From positions 92,323,539-92,387,538 of the forward strand of contig NC_068988.1 in assembly GCF_001194135.2 (NCBI RefSeq): 64,000 bases of DNA, written 5' to 3'. Position 1 is the stretch's first letter, and every line of letters starts with the position of its first letter. Below are positions 13,433 to 25,671 of the stretch, piece by piece. Under the pieces are notes generated by a model that saw only the letters and a program-made list of their open reading frames with translations, did no database searches and was not told the origin of the DNA. Made by a program: the position numbers and the translations under genes. The DNA is from Octopus bimaculoides. Lineage: Eukaryota.

Positions 13433-14066
13433 NNNNNNNNNNNNNNNNNNNNNNNNNNNNNNNNNNNNNNNNNNNNNNNNNNNNNNNNNNNNNNNNNNNN
13501 NNNNNNNNNNNNNNNNNNNNNNNNNNNNNNNNNNNNNNNNNNNNNNNNNNNNNNNNNNNNNNNNNNNNNNNNNNNNNNNNNNNNNNNNNNNNNNNNNNNN
13601 NNNNNNNNNNNNNNNNNNNNNNNNNNNNNNNNNNNNNNNNNNNNNNNNNNNNNNNNNNNNNNNNNNNNNNNNNNNNNNNNNNNNNNNNNNNNNNNNNNNN
13701 NNNNNNNNNNNNNNNNNNNNNNNNNNNNNNNNNNNNNNNNNNNNNNNNNNNNNNNNNNNNNNNNNNNNNNNNNNNNNNNNNNNNNNNNNNNNNNNNNNNN
13801 NNNNNNNNNNNNNNNNNNNNNNNNNNNNNNNNNNNNNNNNNNNNNNNNNNNNNNNNNNNNNNNNNNNNNNNNNNNNNNNNNNNNNNNNNNNNNNNNNNNN
13901 NNNNNNNNNNNNNNNNNNNNNNNNNNNNNNNNNNNNNNNNNNNNNNNNNNNNNNNNNNNNNNNNNNNNNNNNNNNNNNNNNNNNNNNNNNNNNNNNNNNN
14001 NNNNNNNNNNNNNNNNNNNNNNNNNNNNNNNNNNNNNNNNNNNNNNNNNNNNNNNNNNNNNNNNNN
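13433..14066. other. assembly gap (N run)
   Basis: 634 Ns flanked by (ATCT)n/(AT)n. Further gaps at 17086-17175 and 36475-36529. Confidence 1.
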
Positions 14067-15182
14067 ATATATATATATATATATACTGTGATAGCTGAGT
14101 CCATCAGGATTGTAGAAAGAAATTTAAACATAGGAGCATATCCACAGCAGTCACAGGCAAACTGGCCTTGAGGACATTCTGAATGCCACACCCATAAAGA
14201 ATTACCTTAAATTATTTGAGTGTTGTGGCCTGCCTGATGATGATCCATGTCTCATGCAACCCACATCTTCAAAAAGGTTACCTATGTCAAGTCTAGAGAT
14301 TTAAGGTCAAAAAGACAAAGACCAAATTGCTACTTAGTGAGAGTAAGCACAAAATCCTCGTGTCATTTGGGCAGGGTACTTGCTCAAAGGAGTAGACAGA
14401 AACTCAAAACAGTGTAAAAAGAAAGGGCCATTTTAGAACCAGAACTTCAGATGTGATGTGCAGGGGTAATAATAGTTAAATCATTTGTAAAATGATAAAA
14501 TCCATCAACTGTTCAGGTAATGTATTAGATATATTGATAGTTTTTGTTTTTAGAGTGATCTAATTAGTATTTAAGGTTGGCTGTAGTGATGGTGTTGCAG
14601 TTAGAATACTAATTGTTTTGTTTAATGTCTGTCTGTGCTGGTATGTTTTACACTGGGTTAATAGAGGTAGGATTTTTATGATCTGATGCTCTTCTTGTCA
14701 TCAACCCTTACCTCTTTTCCAGTGAGAGATCTTTATTTTAATCCTGAGGAACTTAAAAGGGCAGAGCTTGTGGACAGTTTGTTGACATGAAATATCAACA
14801 AATGGCAGCTTAGTTTGTAAATGTTCATACATATGCGCACATACATGCACACATACATGCACACATACATGCACACATACATGCACACACATACACAATA
14901 GGCTTCAGAGGCCGTTTGCACATGTTGACAACAAAAGGGTCTTCCTTCTGTGTAAAAGATAAACTCAATGAAGCAAGTATAAGTGTAGTGGGACATGGTA
15001 GTGAAACACAAGATATGCATGAAGTATTGAATGTAAATGGTATGTAGAAGTGAGAGAGAGATGTGTGTATGTTATGGATGAGAAATGTTAACCTACATGA
15101 GAGAGGTTGGACATGGGTGAAATGAGAAAATGGCTGAATAGGGAATATATTCCCTATTCAGGCATTTTCTCATTTATATATA

Positions 15183-15814
15183 TGTGGTCTGATCAACAAG
15201 TATCCGGAATGTTGCCATAGTAATGAAGCTAAAGCATGCAGAGTAAAGCCGCTTGACACAGATTGACCTTGAACTCTGCTGTGCATGCACACTAACTTTT
15301 AATGTTCTAGCTCACTTCCGCTGTTTACAGCAGTGCTTGGAAGGAAGGTGTGTAAATAATCTGCACATGCTCTGATAACTCACGGATGGTGATTCGACGA
15401 TTTCCCCTCACAGCTGCGTGCACATCTGCGATGTTTTTCTCAGTTCTGCTGGTTTTTGGGTTTCCCAGTATGTTTGTCAATATTGACATTTTTCGGCTAT
15501 CTTGGAAACGTCTGAACCACTCATACATTTGTGTGCGGCTCATACATTCCTCTCCATACACTTTCTGCAACTTTGCCTCGGCCTCTGAGCAGATATTGTC
15601 ATGACAACTTTCTCTGTCATGGTCACTGTGACAATCACACACTACACACCTTCCTTCCAAGCACTGCTGTAAACAGCGGAAGTGAGCTAGAATGTTAAAA
15701 CTTAGTGTGCATGCGCAGCAAAGTTCAAGGTCAATCTTTGCCAAGCAGTTTCACTCTGCATGCTTTAGCTTCGTTACTGTGGCAACAGTCCAGATACTTA
15801 TTGACCCGACCTCG
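15183..15814 (-). mobile_element. mariner-derived fold-back MITE with 172-bp inverted arms
   Basis: TA at 15181-82 and 15815-16. 15183-15354 is the reverse complement of 15643-15814. The interior (minus strand) encodes a mariner N-terminal HTH: KLQKVYGEECMSRTQMYEWFRRFQD...KTSRTEKNIADVHAAVRGNRRITIRELSE. Confidence 0.92.
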
Positions 15815-16031
15815 TATATATAAGAGTGGATTAGAAAAACTGTGTTCAGTGGGCATTATCATCATGTTCTGTGCTGGTATGGATTAGATGGTTTGACAAG
15901 ATCCAGTGGGTCTAAGGATTGCATTATGCTCCAGTGTCTGGAGGTTGCTATGCAGCTTGCAGGACTACAAACCCCAGGGTTGAGGTTGTTAGCTTTATGT
16001 TAGGAGACAAGGAATTAAGGCGATCTTTGAG

Positions 16032-16491
16032 TACTAGTACGCAACAACTTCTGGTCGTTGCGTGCATGCATACTGATTACATGATCGTATAGTGTAATTA
16101 TGTGTTTAAAGTCTCAGTTCGGATGGCGCCTTACTCACTCGCACCTTGGCCACACGTTTGCCGCAGTACAAAGGCAAGAGCACCCATTCCTCTGTCCTTA
16201 TTGCCTCGGTGGAGTGCTTTATTGCTTCCTCCTCCGTTGTGAAGTGCACCTCCACAGTGGCGTATCTCCTCCCTATACTGATTACATGATCTATAGTGTG
16301 TTTATGTGTTTAAAGTTTTAGAACTGTATGCATCTGAGGGGGAGAAGGTTTGAGTTTAGTGGGCCATTCATTTTTTTTTTCTATTTAATGTTGTCTTTTA
16401 ATATTTTCAAGTCATTTAAAAACAAACGCACTATACGATAATGTAATCAGTATGCGTGCGCACAACGACTGGATGTTGTTGTGTACTAGTA
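16032..16491. mobile_element. non-autonomous TIR element (~78-bp TIRs) carrying a captured LINE-like fragment
   Basis: TACTAGTACGCAACAAC...GTGTTTAAA (16032-16110) is inverted at 16415-16491. 16070-16111 is duplicated directly at 16275-16315. Confidence 0.8.
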
Positions 16492-16988
16492 TCGAAAGAT
16501 TGCCGGAATTAATAAAGTACGAGAGAAGGAAAAAATTCCTGTCAGCAATGGTTAGGTGCCCACAGAAGACAAAGACAGAGGAGCAAAGTGGTGAGACCAG
16601 ATAACAGGAACACACGGCTTCACATAAGTGATTTCGATGACTGGAGGTTTGTTGTATGGTAGGCTTAGATATTTCAGACCTATGTTTCTCATGGTAAGCC
16701 AAGCCAGCATGGAGACACTGTTACCGCTGCTGATGATGGTGGTGTATCACGACTCATTGCATTTATCATATAATCATATAACCATTGACTCTGTATTGAT
16801 AACCAATACACTTGGTAAGCTGTAACTCGTATCCTTCTCCGTTTCACTTTTGAACTTGGACCGTCTTCACTTCTAAACGTTGTCAACACTGTATTTTCGG
16901 ATTTGAAAAAACAGCACATTTTTTTTTTTATGTCTGCGGATACTTACTGCTGTGCTACCACCACTGGCATCACCAGATGTCACCATTT

Positions 16989-17175
16989 ACTACTACTACT
17001 ACTACTACCACCACCATCACTACTACTACTACTACCACCACCACCATCACTACTACTACTACTACCACCACCACCACCACCACCANNNNNNNNNNNNNNN
17101 NNNNNNNNNNNNNNNNNNNNNNNNNNNNNNNNNNNNNNNNNNNNNNNNNNNNNNNNNNNNNNNNNNNNNNNNNNN

Positions 17176-17210
<35 letters not shown>

Positions 17211-17213
17211 CAT

Positions 17214-17260
<47 letters not shown>

Positions 17261-17262
17261 TC

Positions 17263-17294
<32 letters not shown>

Positions 17295-17402
17295 CATCAC
17301 TACTACTACTACTACTACCACCACCATCACTACTACTACTACTACTACTACTAACCACCACCACCGCCGCTGCTGCTACTACTGCTGCTGCTGCTACTGC
17401 TG

Positions 17403-17436
<34 letters not shown>

Positions 17437-17460
17437 CCACCACCACCACCACCACTACTA
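16989..17460. repeat. compound (TAC)n/(CAC)n/(TGC)n trinucleotide array spanning a gap
   Basis: Higher-order alternation of (TAC)4-10 with (CAC)1-3CATCAC. N-gap at 17086-17175. Confidence 0.95.
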
Positions 17461-17744
17461 TAATGATCACTACTGCTATACTATGACTTAATCATCACGT
17501 CTAGATAAGACACTGCTGTACTAAATGACCTGACTGGTGCTGCAGTATCACACCCGACTTGTGATAATCAACTCATGGTACTGCAGTGTCTTACCTGCAC
17601 AGGTGATAACTAATTTATAGTACTGCTGTACCCGAGACATCTTGATTATGATCAATGTCTGACCTAGTCTGTTCAACCACCATTTAGCTAATAATATTGT
17701 CTAACTGTTATCAGTCAATAATGTTAATAATTTGGAGTAAATAT

Positions 17745-18185
17745 GGCTGAGTGGTTCGGAAGTTTGCTTCTCAAGCACATGTTTTTGTTCAGTCCCACTA
17801 TGTGGCACCTTAGGCAAGTGTCTTCTAATATAGCCCTTGACTGACCAAAGCCTTGTGAGTGAATTTGGTACATGGAAACTGTAAGAAGCCTATTGTATAT
17901 ATACATGAATATGTGTGTGTGTGTGTGTGTGTGCTTGTTTGTTCACCCTTGTCTTGACACCATGTGATAGTTGCAAGCTAGCATCATGATCATGTAAGTA
18001 GTGTAATTTGTTTTCAGTCTTCTATGAAAACATGTTTGGCCAAGGTGAAATATTAGCTTACCTGGAAACAGCTGAGTGTTGGCAGCAGGGTGAGCATCTG
18101 GGCATGGAAAATCTGCCTCAACAAATTCTGCCTGACTCATGCATGCATGGGAACATAGACATTAAAGTGCTGATGATAGTTAATA
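17745..18185 (+). mobile_element. SINE family A (tRNA-like head, internal (TG)n, RTE-type (GAT)n tail), complete copy
   Basis: Head GTGGTTCGGAAGTTTGCTTC...GGCAAGTGTCTTCT...CCAAAGCCTTGTGAGTG, then (TG)n, then tail GCATGGGAACATAGACATTAAAGTGCTGATGAT. Confidence 0.8.
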
Positions 18186-20092
18186 ATTAAGGCGAAATAA
18201 ATAGTTAAGACTAATGAGTCATTCTAGACAGTTTATGATGTCTAGTTTGGTGCTTCACAATTGAACTACCACACAACTTGACTTGTTATTTTCATTCCTT
18301 CGTTGCAAATAAAATATATACAAAGGGTGTTGATTAAGGTATTGATTATAAAGCCACCTCTAATACAAAGAGAAGTAAACTTACTTTAATGAATCTCATT
18401 GACTTACTCAGTCAATGAGATTCATTAAAATGTTACTAAACATTTTGCTAATACTTCTGCCAGTTCTCTATCTTAAAAAAAAACTTAGAACTGACAAATC
18501 AGTGGCATTCCAACCATGATCATCTTGCCTGCCAATTTTGGTTACAAATCTCTTGTTTCAGTAGATGGTATTACTTCTTTGAACACGATGCTTTTGTGGA
18601 TTCCCATGACTCTCTGTCACCATTCAGTTCCATTATTATGAATTGGAATTGGAAGCTTGAGTCATAGTGAATCTCTCATTAGCTAATTACACAACCATGA
18701 ATGCCACTCCTGTGGATGCAGTGTAGTTATTCTCTTGACAGAGATTGGTGATCCTGACTGTTGATCTTCTAGGATTCCTCCACTCAGTATATGACTTTGC
18801 TGTATCCTTGGCAGAGTGGCTGAACAGGTGCGATATCTTGCCAAAGGGCAACCTGTAAGTATGCAAGACACAGTCATCACTCCACGAAACATTTTCAAAA
18901 TATCCACATACTCAGAGAAGACATTACTTGTGAGTTATAAGTTGATGGTCTTTCACCAGAGAAAACTTAGAAGTAATAGTTTTTAACATAGGTACAAGGC
19001 TTGAGCATTTTGGAGGGAAGGATTAGTTGAATAAATTGACCTTTATACTTGACTGACCTTTATTTTATTAACAATTGAGGGATCAAAGGCAAAGTTAAAT
19101 TTATCAGGATTTGAACCAAGAACTTAAACAGCCAGAAGAATTACTGCAAGGTGTTTTATTCAATGCTCTAACAATTTTGTCAATCCACTGCCCTAAAAGA
19201 CTTAGAAATCATTTTTTATAATTTTGGCACATGTCCAGTGACTTTAAGGGGGGAGGGCAAGTCACTTACAACAACTTGAGTGGTGCTTATTTTATCGACC
19301 CCAAAAGGATAAAAGGTAAAGTTGATATTGGTGTAATTTGAACTCAGACCATAAAGTCAAAAGAAATGCTGCTAAGCATTTTGTCTGATGAGTTAACACT
19401 TTTGCCAGCTCACTACCTTTTAAAAACTTATAATTAACAAATCAATGGCATTCCAATCATGACCATCCTGCCTTCTTTTCAGATATAGTGTGTTTAAGAT
19501 TTCAATACTGAATGTCTTTTTTTTATGTAATACAGTAAGGTCTGATTTAAGTGTGACTTGGTTGATATTTCTTACAAGTCAAGCAACTAGATAGTCTCCT
19601 TTGTTGGCAAAGTAATGTGAAATCTGGTTGAGTGACTAGTAATTAAATCTTGAAATTAATTATGCATTTCATTATATAACATATAGTACAATCTGTTATA
19701 TATCTACATATATATATTTATTGTTTCAACATTTCAAGAAAGACTGTTTTAAGTTAAAACCTAAGTTGAGCTTTTTTTGTGTACTATATTTCTGTTGAGA
19801 GACATTTCTTTTGTTTCAATTAATTTTGAAAATAATCAAGAATTTTGTAGACTATCCTTGTCATTATTAAGCTAGTATTTGGAGCATAAAATTTGGATGG
19901 AAATTTTTAATCTAGACCATTCTAAGACTATGGTTTATATCATAGAACCAAATGTGGTCTCTGGAGGATTGGTATCAAAAAGCCATGTGATCAGAAATTG
20001 TGATTTTCAAGTCTTTCAACTTTCTTTGAATCTCATCTAGCTTTCACAGACTCCCTGTTGTAGGTGTAAATCTTGGAAAATCCTGTTCTTTA

Positions 20093-20360
20093 CAGCAGGG
20101 TTCCCCAACCACCAGGCCATGGACCAGTACTGATCCACACAAAAAGAATAACTTTTGAAATTTTATTTCTATTTTATTGACTATCACAGTCTTCGGGGTG
20201 TTTTTGCATTATATATGTATTATATATGTAATATATATTGGTTATATTGATTTTATATTATGCACTTCATTGTGTTTTATTCTGCACATGATGCCTTCAT
20301 TTGTGGCAAAATTGTCTAGCGTGAAATTGTCCATGGTATTGAAAAGGCTGGGGACTGCTG
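20093..20360. mobile_element. hAT/Charlie-like MITE
   Basis: Termini CAGCAGGGTTCCCCAACC ... GGCTGGGGACTGCTG. TSD not recognisable. Confidence 0.65.
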
Positions 20361-20984
20361 TTATACAGTTTTACAATGAGGTTCTAACATGCATCACACA
20401 TCATGATAGTTGAGTTCCTGATTATATGCTCTCCTCAACAATCTTCAGGGAATGATTAAATAAGTTTAGCAGTTCTGCCTTGGCGGACCAGTTTTATCCA
20501 TCTAGAAAGACAACAGCTGTTAAATTCACTGTTCATTTATTTATTGAAGATTCAAAATTGCAATTTGTTACCCAGTCACTGATAGAGTTTTACAACAGTG
20601 GAACAATGTCAGTATTCAGGTCACAGTTGCATGACAAAAATTTTTGACAACCTCAAGAAATAAGATGGAATTTGACTTTAAGAGCTTTTGAACTTTTAAA
20701 TAGCTAAAATGGCTCTTTCATCCACAATGCAGTTGTATCATTTTCAACACATGGTCTCAGATCAAGTCACTTAGATGTCAAGTACAGCTCTGAAATAAGT
20801 ATTCTTTATTCTTTTACTTGTTTCAGTCTTTTGACTGTGGCCATGCTGGAACAAAACCTTAAAGGGTTTTAAATGCATATTCTATCAGTCTCTTTTGCCA
20901 GACTGCTAAGTTACAGCGGCTTAAACACACCAACATCGGTTGTTAAGCGATGGTGTTGGGGCAAACACAGACGCACGCATATAA

Positions 20985-21019
<35 letters not shown>

Positions 21020-22175
21020 CAATGGGCTTCTTTTAGTTTCTGTCTACCAAATATTCTCACACCGCTTTGGTTGGCTCGAGGATATAGTAGAAAACGTTTG
21101 CCCATGGTGCCACCCAGTGGTACTGAACCTGGAACCATGTGGTTGAGAAGCAAGCTTCTTACCACACAGCCACACCTGTGCTTATAGCATGTTTAAACAT
21201 ATCTATAGAAAATAAACCACAATTATAGGTGTAGTGCATGATGTACTTCTGGAATAGTAAACAATATGAGCAGTCTTAACCCTTTAGGATTCAGATTTCT
21301 TTGTCAAATGTATTGCTTATTTATTCAAATTGTTTTGAATTAACCATACATTGTCTTGCAACTACAAGATTTTGATGAAGGCATTGTATATTTTTAGAAT
21401 GACATTGTAGGGTATGTGTGAGAGGTTGAGTCTGGTCAGTTTTAGCATAAAATAGGTAGAATATTTCGGTAGAATATGACCAGTATAAAATGCTTAAGGA
21501 TTAGAGATTTTCAAAATGAATTAAACGAACCTGGAAGCTCATTGATTTCAATGAGGCTACATATGGGAGGAGCTTATAGAACAGCTATTGCTGTTTTTCT
21601 CTTTCGATTACAAAGAGCAAGTATGCAAGGGAGCAGATTATTTTGTTATAGCTTTGTTTGAAGAGGAAAGGCTGTGCCAATGGACCATTTTCAGGGCTTC
21701 CATGATTATTGTGAGGAAAGGGAAAAAAAATGGAGACTTGGCATGAATGGTTACAATAAAGTAGGTCCTACTATAGTCACTCAAAAGCCAGGTGTGGCGT
21801 TAAAGTATGTACCTGATTAACTCTTTAGCATTCAGATTTCTCTATCAAATATAATACCTATCTATTCACAACATTCTGAATTAATCACGAATTATCTCTT
21901 AAGTTCAAAATTTTGACAATGTGATTGTTTATCTTTGTTTATTTTTACAATGACATTGCATGGTAGGTGTGAGAAGCCAGATGTGGCTGGTTTGGACATA
22001 AAACAGCTCTTAGACAATGTTGTCAGACACAGTAGATATACAGTTTCAAGAGACACTTTCGTAGTGATTGAGAAAATCACTACAGTGATTGTTGACAGAT
22101 ACTATACAGATTGGAGACAGATGCTGTAGACAGACAACGTAGTCACTGCAGAGATTGGAGACTGACATTGTAGAC

Positions 22176-22433
22176 CAGTGGTTCTCAACCAGAGTGCACA
22201 TGGCCCTTAGGGGTCCATATAAAATTTTGTCATTAAAGTTTATGTACAATAAATTGGTTATACTTCTACAATACACAAAATATATTAAGAATTTTTTTAA
22301 ATACAATTCTTAATTAATATTTAGTTATAGAAATATAATAGGATTTTTTAAACATCAAATAGTTATGAGGGCCCGTCCAAGTGAAACAAGAATCAAGGGG
22401 GTCCATAGAAAAACAAAATGGTTGAGAACCATA
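22176..22433. mobile_element. hAT/Charlie-like MITE
   Basis: Termini CAGTGGTTCTCAACC ... GGTTGAGAACCA, with internal GGGGTCCATA repeated twice. Confidence 0.75.
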
Positions 22434-23158
22434 CATACACAAACACTGAAGTGATTATAGAAAGATAGTGGAGTCAAGACAATGGTTAGTGATTGGAGAC
22501 AGTTACTTTTGATAGATAGATAGTGTAGACAAACACTTGAGATTGGAGACAGACTGTGTTGACTATAGGAAGACTCTACAGACAAACGAATCAATGTCGT
22601 GAATGCTAATGTGCTGAGAAAATAATTTTGGTATAAGAGGTTAATAACAGATTGTCATGTAAAATGTATAATGCAGGCAGAAAGAAAACATTTCTTTGAG
22701 ATTGTTTTGGAAGACACTTCTGATTCTAGTACACCAAAGAAGTCCTGAAAAGAATTAGATGAGATAAATAAGAGCAATAGGATTTACAGAGGAAATGGTA
22801 ATTAAATTGAAGCACAGCGGGGAGATATGTTTGCATTATAGATCCATTTAACTCATAGCACCACTAAAAAAAAAAAAAAATCCCCAAAACATTCAAACCA
22901 GGCATGGGCAGCCTTTTTTTGAGAAGTGAGCCACATGAGACATGCCGCATGTCTGGTGGACTATACTACTAAAAAACTTTGAAGTAATTTTTTGTTTAGT
23001 TTGCCATTCAGAAAGTACTGTCCATGACTGGTTTAAACAACAATGGGAAATGATGATGATGATAGTGGTGGTGGTGGTGGTGGCGGTGGCGGTGGCTGTT
23101 GTTGTTGTTGTTTTTTTTTTTTATCAACTATTGTTATACTTTTTTTTTTTCTTTTTAG

Positions 23159-23260
23159 GGCCATGAAAATCTCAGTTATCTTCAGAGAAAGTTTTGTCAG
23201 CTACTCAAAACCCAGAAAAAAGAAGAAAACAGAAGTGTGTCTTGGGAATGCAAAGAAATG
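23159..23260 (+). CDS. ATG10: probable upstream ATG10 coding exon
   Basis: Very strong polypyrimidine acceptor (ttttttttttctttttAG at 23157-58) and donor ATG|GTatag at 23261. 102 bp, phase 0/0, reading GHENLSYLQRKFCQLLKTQKKEENRSVSWECKEM. It resembles the ATG10 segment with the GYxxK motif after the conserved Trp and joins in frame to the 54228 exon (...ECKEM|DLEDSN...). Assignment is by motif and phase reasoning, not alignment. Confidence 0.65.
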
Positions 23261-23867
23261 GTATAGTTCATTTGGCATTTGTTCTTAGTTGTAATAATAT
23301 TTGCAGAGAAGTAATGGATGATGAATCTCTCTCCAGTTATAATATCATTATATTATAAACTGCTTTTAATCCTGTATACACATTTTCCTGTGACAGAAGA
23401 CATGCTCCTAGTAACTTTCATCTTGACATTTCATACATCAAACTCATATTTCAGAGCCAGTGATGTCTTAAATAGCCACCGCTTCTAACTAGCTGCTTCT
23501 CTGCTATTCTTTATATCCTCAATTATAATTACATGTAACATGTGTTTTAGGTGTGGCTGTGTGGTAAGAAGCTTGCTTCCCAACCACATGGTTCTGGGTT
23601 CAGACCCACTGAAACAAGTAAAAGAAATGAATAAAAGAATATATATTATTATAAAAGGGTAAAATCAATAGTAATTTTACCAGGTGGTCAGTGCAGAAAT
23701 AAAAAAACTCATAGGTAAATTTTACAAAATATTTTATAATTATATACATGATTATAACAAGGGATCGGTTTTACGCCTCACCACGCACTGCAAGAAATAG
23801 ATAATAAAGCCACTATTACCACCTTTTGTTTTCTGTAAATTCGAACTATATATATATATATATCATC

Positions 23868-24250
23868 ATCATCATCATCATCATCTAACGTCCGCTTTCC
23901 ATGCTAGCATGGGTTGGACGATTTGACTGAGGACTGGTGAACCAGATGGCTGCACCAGGCTCCAATCTGATCTGGCAGAGTTTCTACAGCTGAATGCCCT
24001 CCCTAATGCCAACCACTCCAAGAGTGTAGTGGGTGCTTTCACGTGCCACCGGCACGAGGGCTGGTCAGGCGGTACTGGCAATGGCCACGCTCAAATGGTG
24101 TCTTTTACGTGCTACCTGCACAGGAGCCAGTCCAGCAGCACTGACAACGACCTCGCTCGAATGTTTTTTCACGTGCTCTGACAATGATCACGTTTGGATG
24201 GTGCTGTCAGCGCTCCACTGGCACGGGTGCCAGTCATCGAATTTGGTTCA
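23868..24250 (-). mobile_element. RTE-tail non-autonomous retroelement (family B)
   Basis: (CAT)n-AACGTCCGCTTTCCATGCTAGCATGGGTTGGACG...GGATGCCCTTCCTAATGCCAACCACTCC. Near-identical copies at 58598-58965 and 55585-55900. Confidence 0.85.
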
Positions 24251-24278
24251 ATTATATAGATGTATATGTATATACATA

Positions 24279-25139
24279 CAGAGTATGATGGGCAAATTAT
24301 TGCCATTTTATATCTTTAATTTCATGCATGCACATTGTTTGTTTTTGATTTTGTCAACTACACATTATAGTAGGGTCAGTTGGGTACCGTTTGTGAGAAA
24401 AACAGCACCATGAGGCAATTCACTCTGCTTGAAATTTGGAAATCACATGCTGCACCGCTTAGTTTTTGTGCCAGATGTTCTAATATGAACATTTCGGAAT
24501 GTTTCGGTGTTAATCTGAGGACAGTGCAATCTGAGGACATGTATTGAGAGTGATAGAAATCAAACATCCAATCAACATCAGGTTGTTTGGAGTGATTACT
24601 AGTGATGGCGACGTTATGCCTCCATTCATCTTCCAACACGGCATCAAACTCAACACGGAGGCCTACATCAAATGCCTGGAGGTGGTAGAGCTGCTCTGGG
24701 TGAAGAGGGTAGCTGCTAGAAGACCCTATGTCTGGGAACAGACACTGTACCATGCCACACAAGCAGGAGTACCCAGTCATGGCTGTCAGACAATTTCTGC
24801 AACCACATCACCCTAACATCTGGCCACCTAACTCCCCAGACTGCAACCCCCTTGATTATTATGTGTGGGACACAGTTAAGTGAGAGATCAACAAAACTCC
24901 TTGTAATGTCAAAGATGAATCGAAGGCAAAGATTATGGCAGCATTCACCAATTTAAACAAGGAGACCATCCAGATGAGTTGCTGTGGTTGAAGCCAATGG
25001 CAATTTTATTGAATAAATTTACCCATCAGTATTTCTAGATACTTCTATGTAATTTTGGTAAATATATCTGTTAAAATGAGATGTCAGTGTTATTTTCATT
25101 TTTGCGTAATTTAGATGACAGTTTATTCACCACACCCTC
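24279..25139 (+). mobile_element. maT (DD37D) Tc1/mariner-superfamily deletion derivative
   Basis: Imperfect TIRs (CAGAGTATGATGGGCAAATT / rc GAGGGTGTGGTGAATAAACT) with TA flanks. Encodes IKHPINIRLFGVITSDGDVMPPFIF...WPPNSPDCNPLDYYVW, with a large internal deletion after the HTH start. Confidence 0.88.
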
Positions 25140-25671
25140 TATATATAAGAATATTGTTGACAGTGACCTTTGAAGTTTCAGCAGTTAAGACTGTAACCCA
25201 AAAGATTAATGTAAATTTTTATTTATTTATTAAACATAAAAACAAGCATTAACATATAATGTATCCAGTACATTCTGTAAACAGATTAGTTAACTGGTGG
25301 AGACAGTGTAAGGTCAAGAAGACTTTTTAGTCTTATCTTGTTGATGACTTGATAACCACTCTAGTGCTGGTGCCTTGATGACATGACTCTGTAGACTTGG
25401 TAAAGTGGTTAGCATTGGCAAAGGCGCCAAGCTTTAGAAATCATGCCCAAAATAAAGAGTATGAGTGAAACATAGCCTTTTTTACCCATCCAAGAGGGTT
25501 GTAACTGAGTAAGAATTCACCTAGACCATGGCAACATCATCGTAAATGTTTTCATCAATGATGACAGTAGTCTAATGATTGGAACCAGTAAAAGATAAAA
25601 GATAAAGATACATATGCACACATGTATGTATATATGTGTGTGTGTATATATATATATATTACATATATATA

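Noticed and set aside
13317-14191. 250-284 aa ORFs
   Set aside because: They span the 634-bp N gap and microsatellites; artefacts.
16903-17491. poly-T/poly-Y/poly-H ORFs
   Set aside because: Trinucleotide array plus gap. The same applies to the poly-HT/CV ORFs at 47735-48286 and 52074-52702.
18742-18854. exon-like segment (ttgacAG ... CCT|GTAAGT; RLVILTVDLLGFLHSVYDFAVSLAEWLNRCDILPKGN)
   Set aside because: Good splice signals, but no similarity to ATG10 or any family I recognise, and its phase-2 end does not fit the 23159 exon.
21690-21760. candidate ATG10 first exon (MDHFQGFHDYCEEREKKWRLGMNGYNK|gtaggt)
   Set aside because: Motif spacing does not match the ATG10 N-terminus (F..F...S..I.D.W). 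Candidates near 11030 and 16650 failed similarly.
22676-22798. exon-like stretch with in-frame TGA (selenocysteine idea)
   Set aside because: No selenoprotein motif or SECIS evident; more likely decayed sequence.
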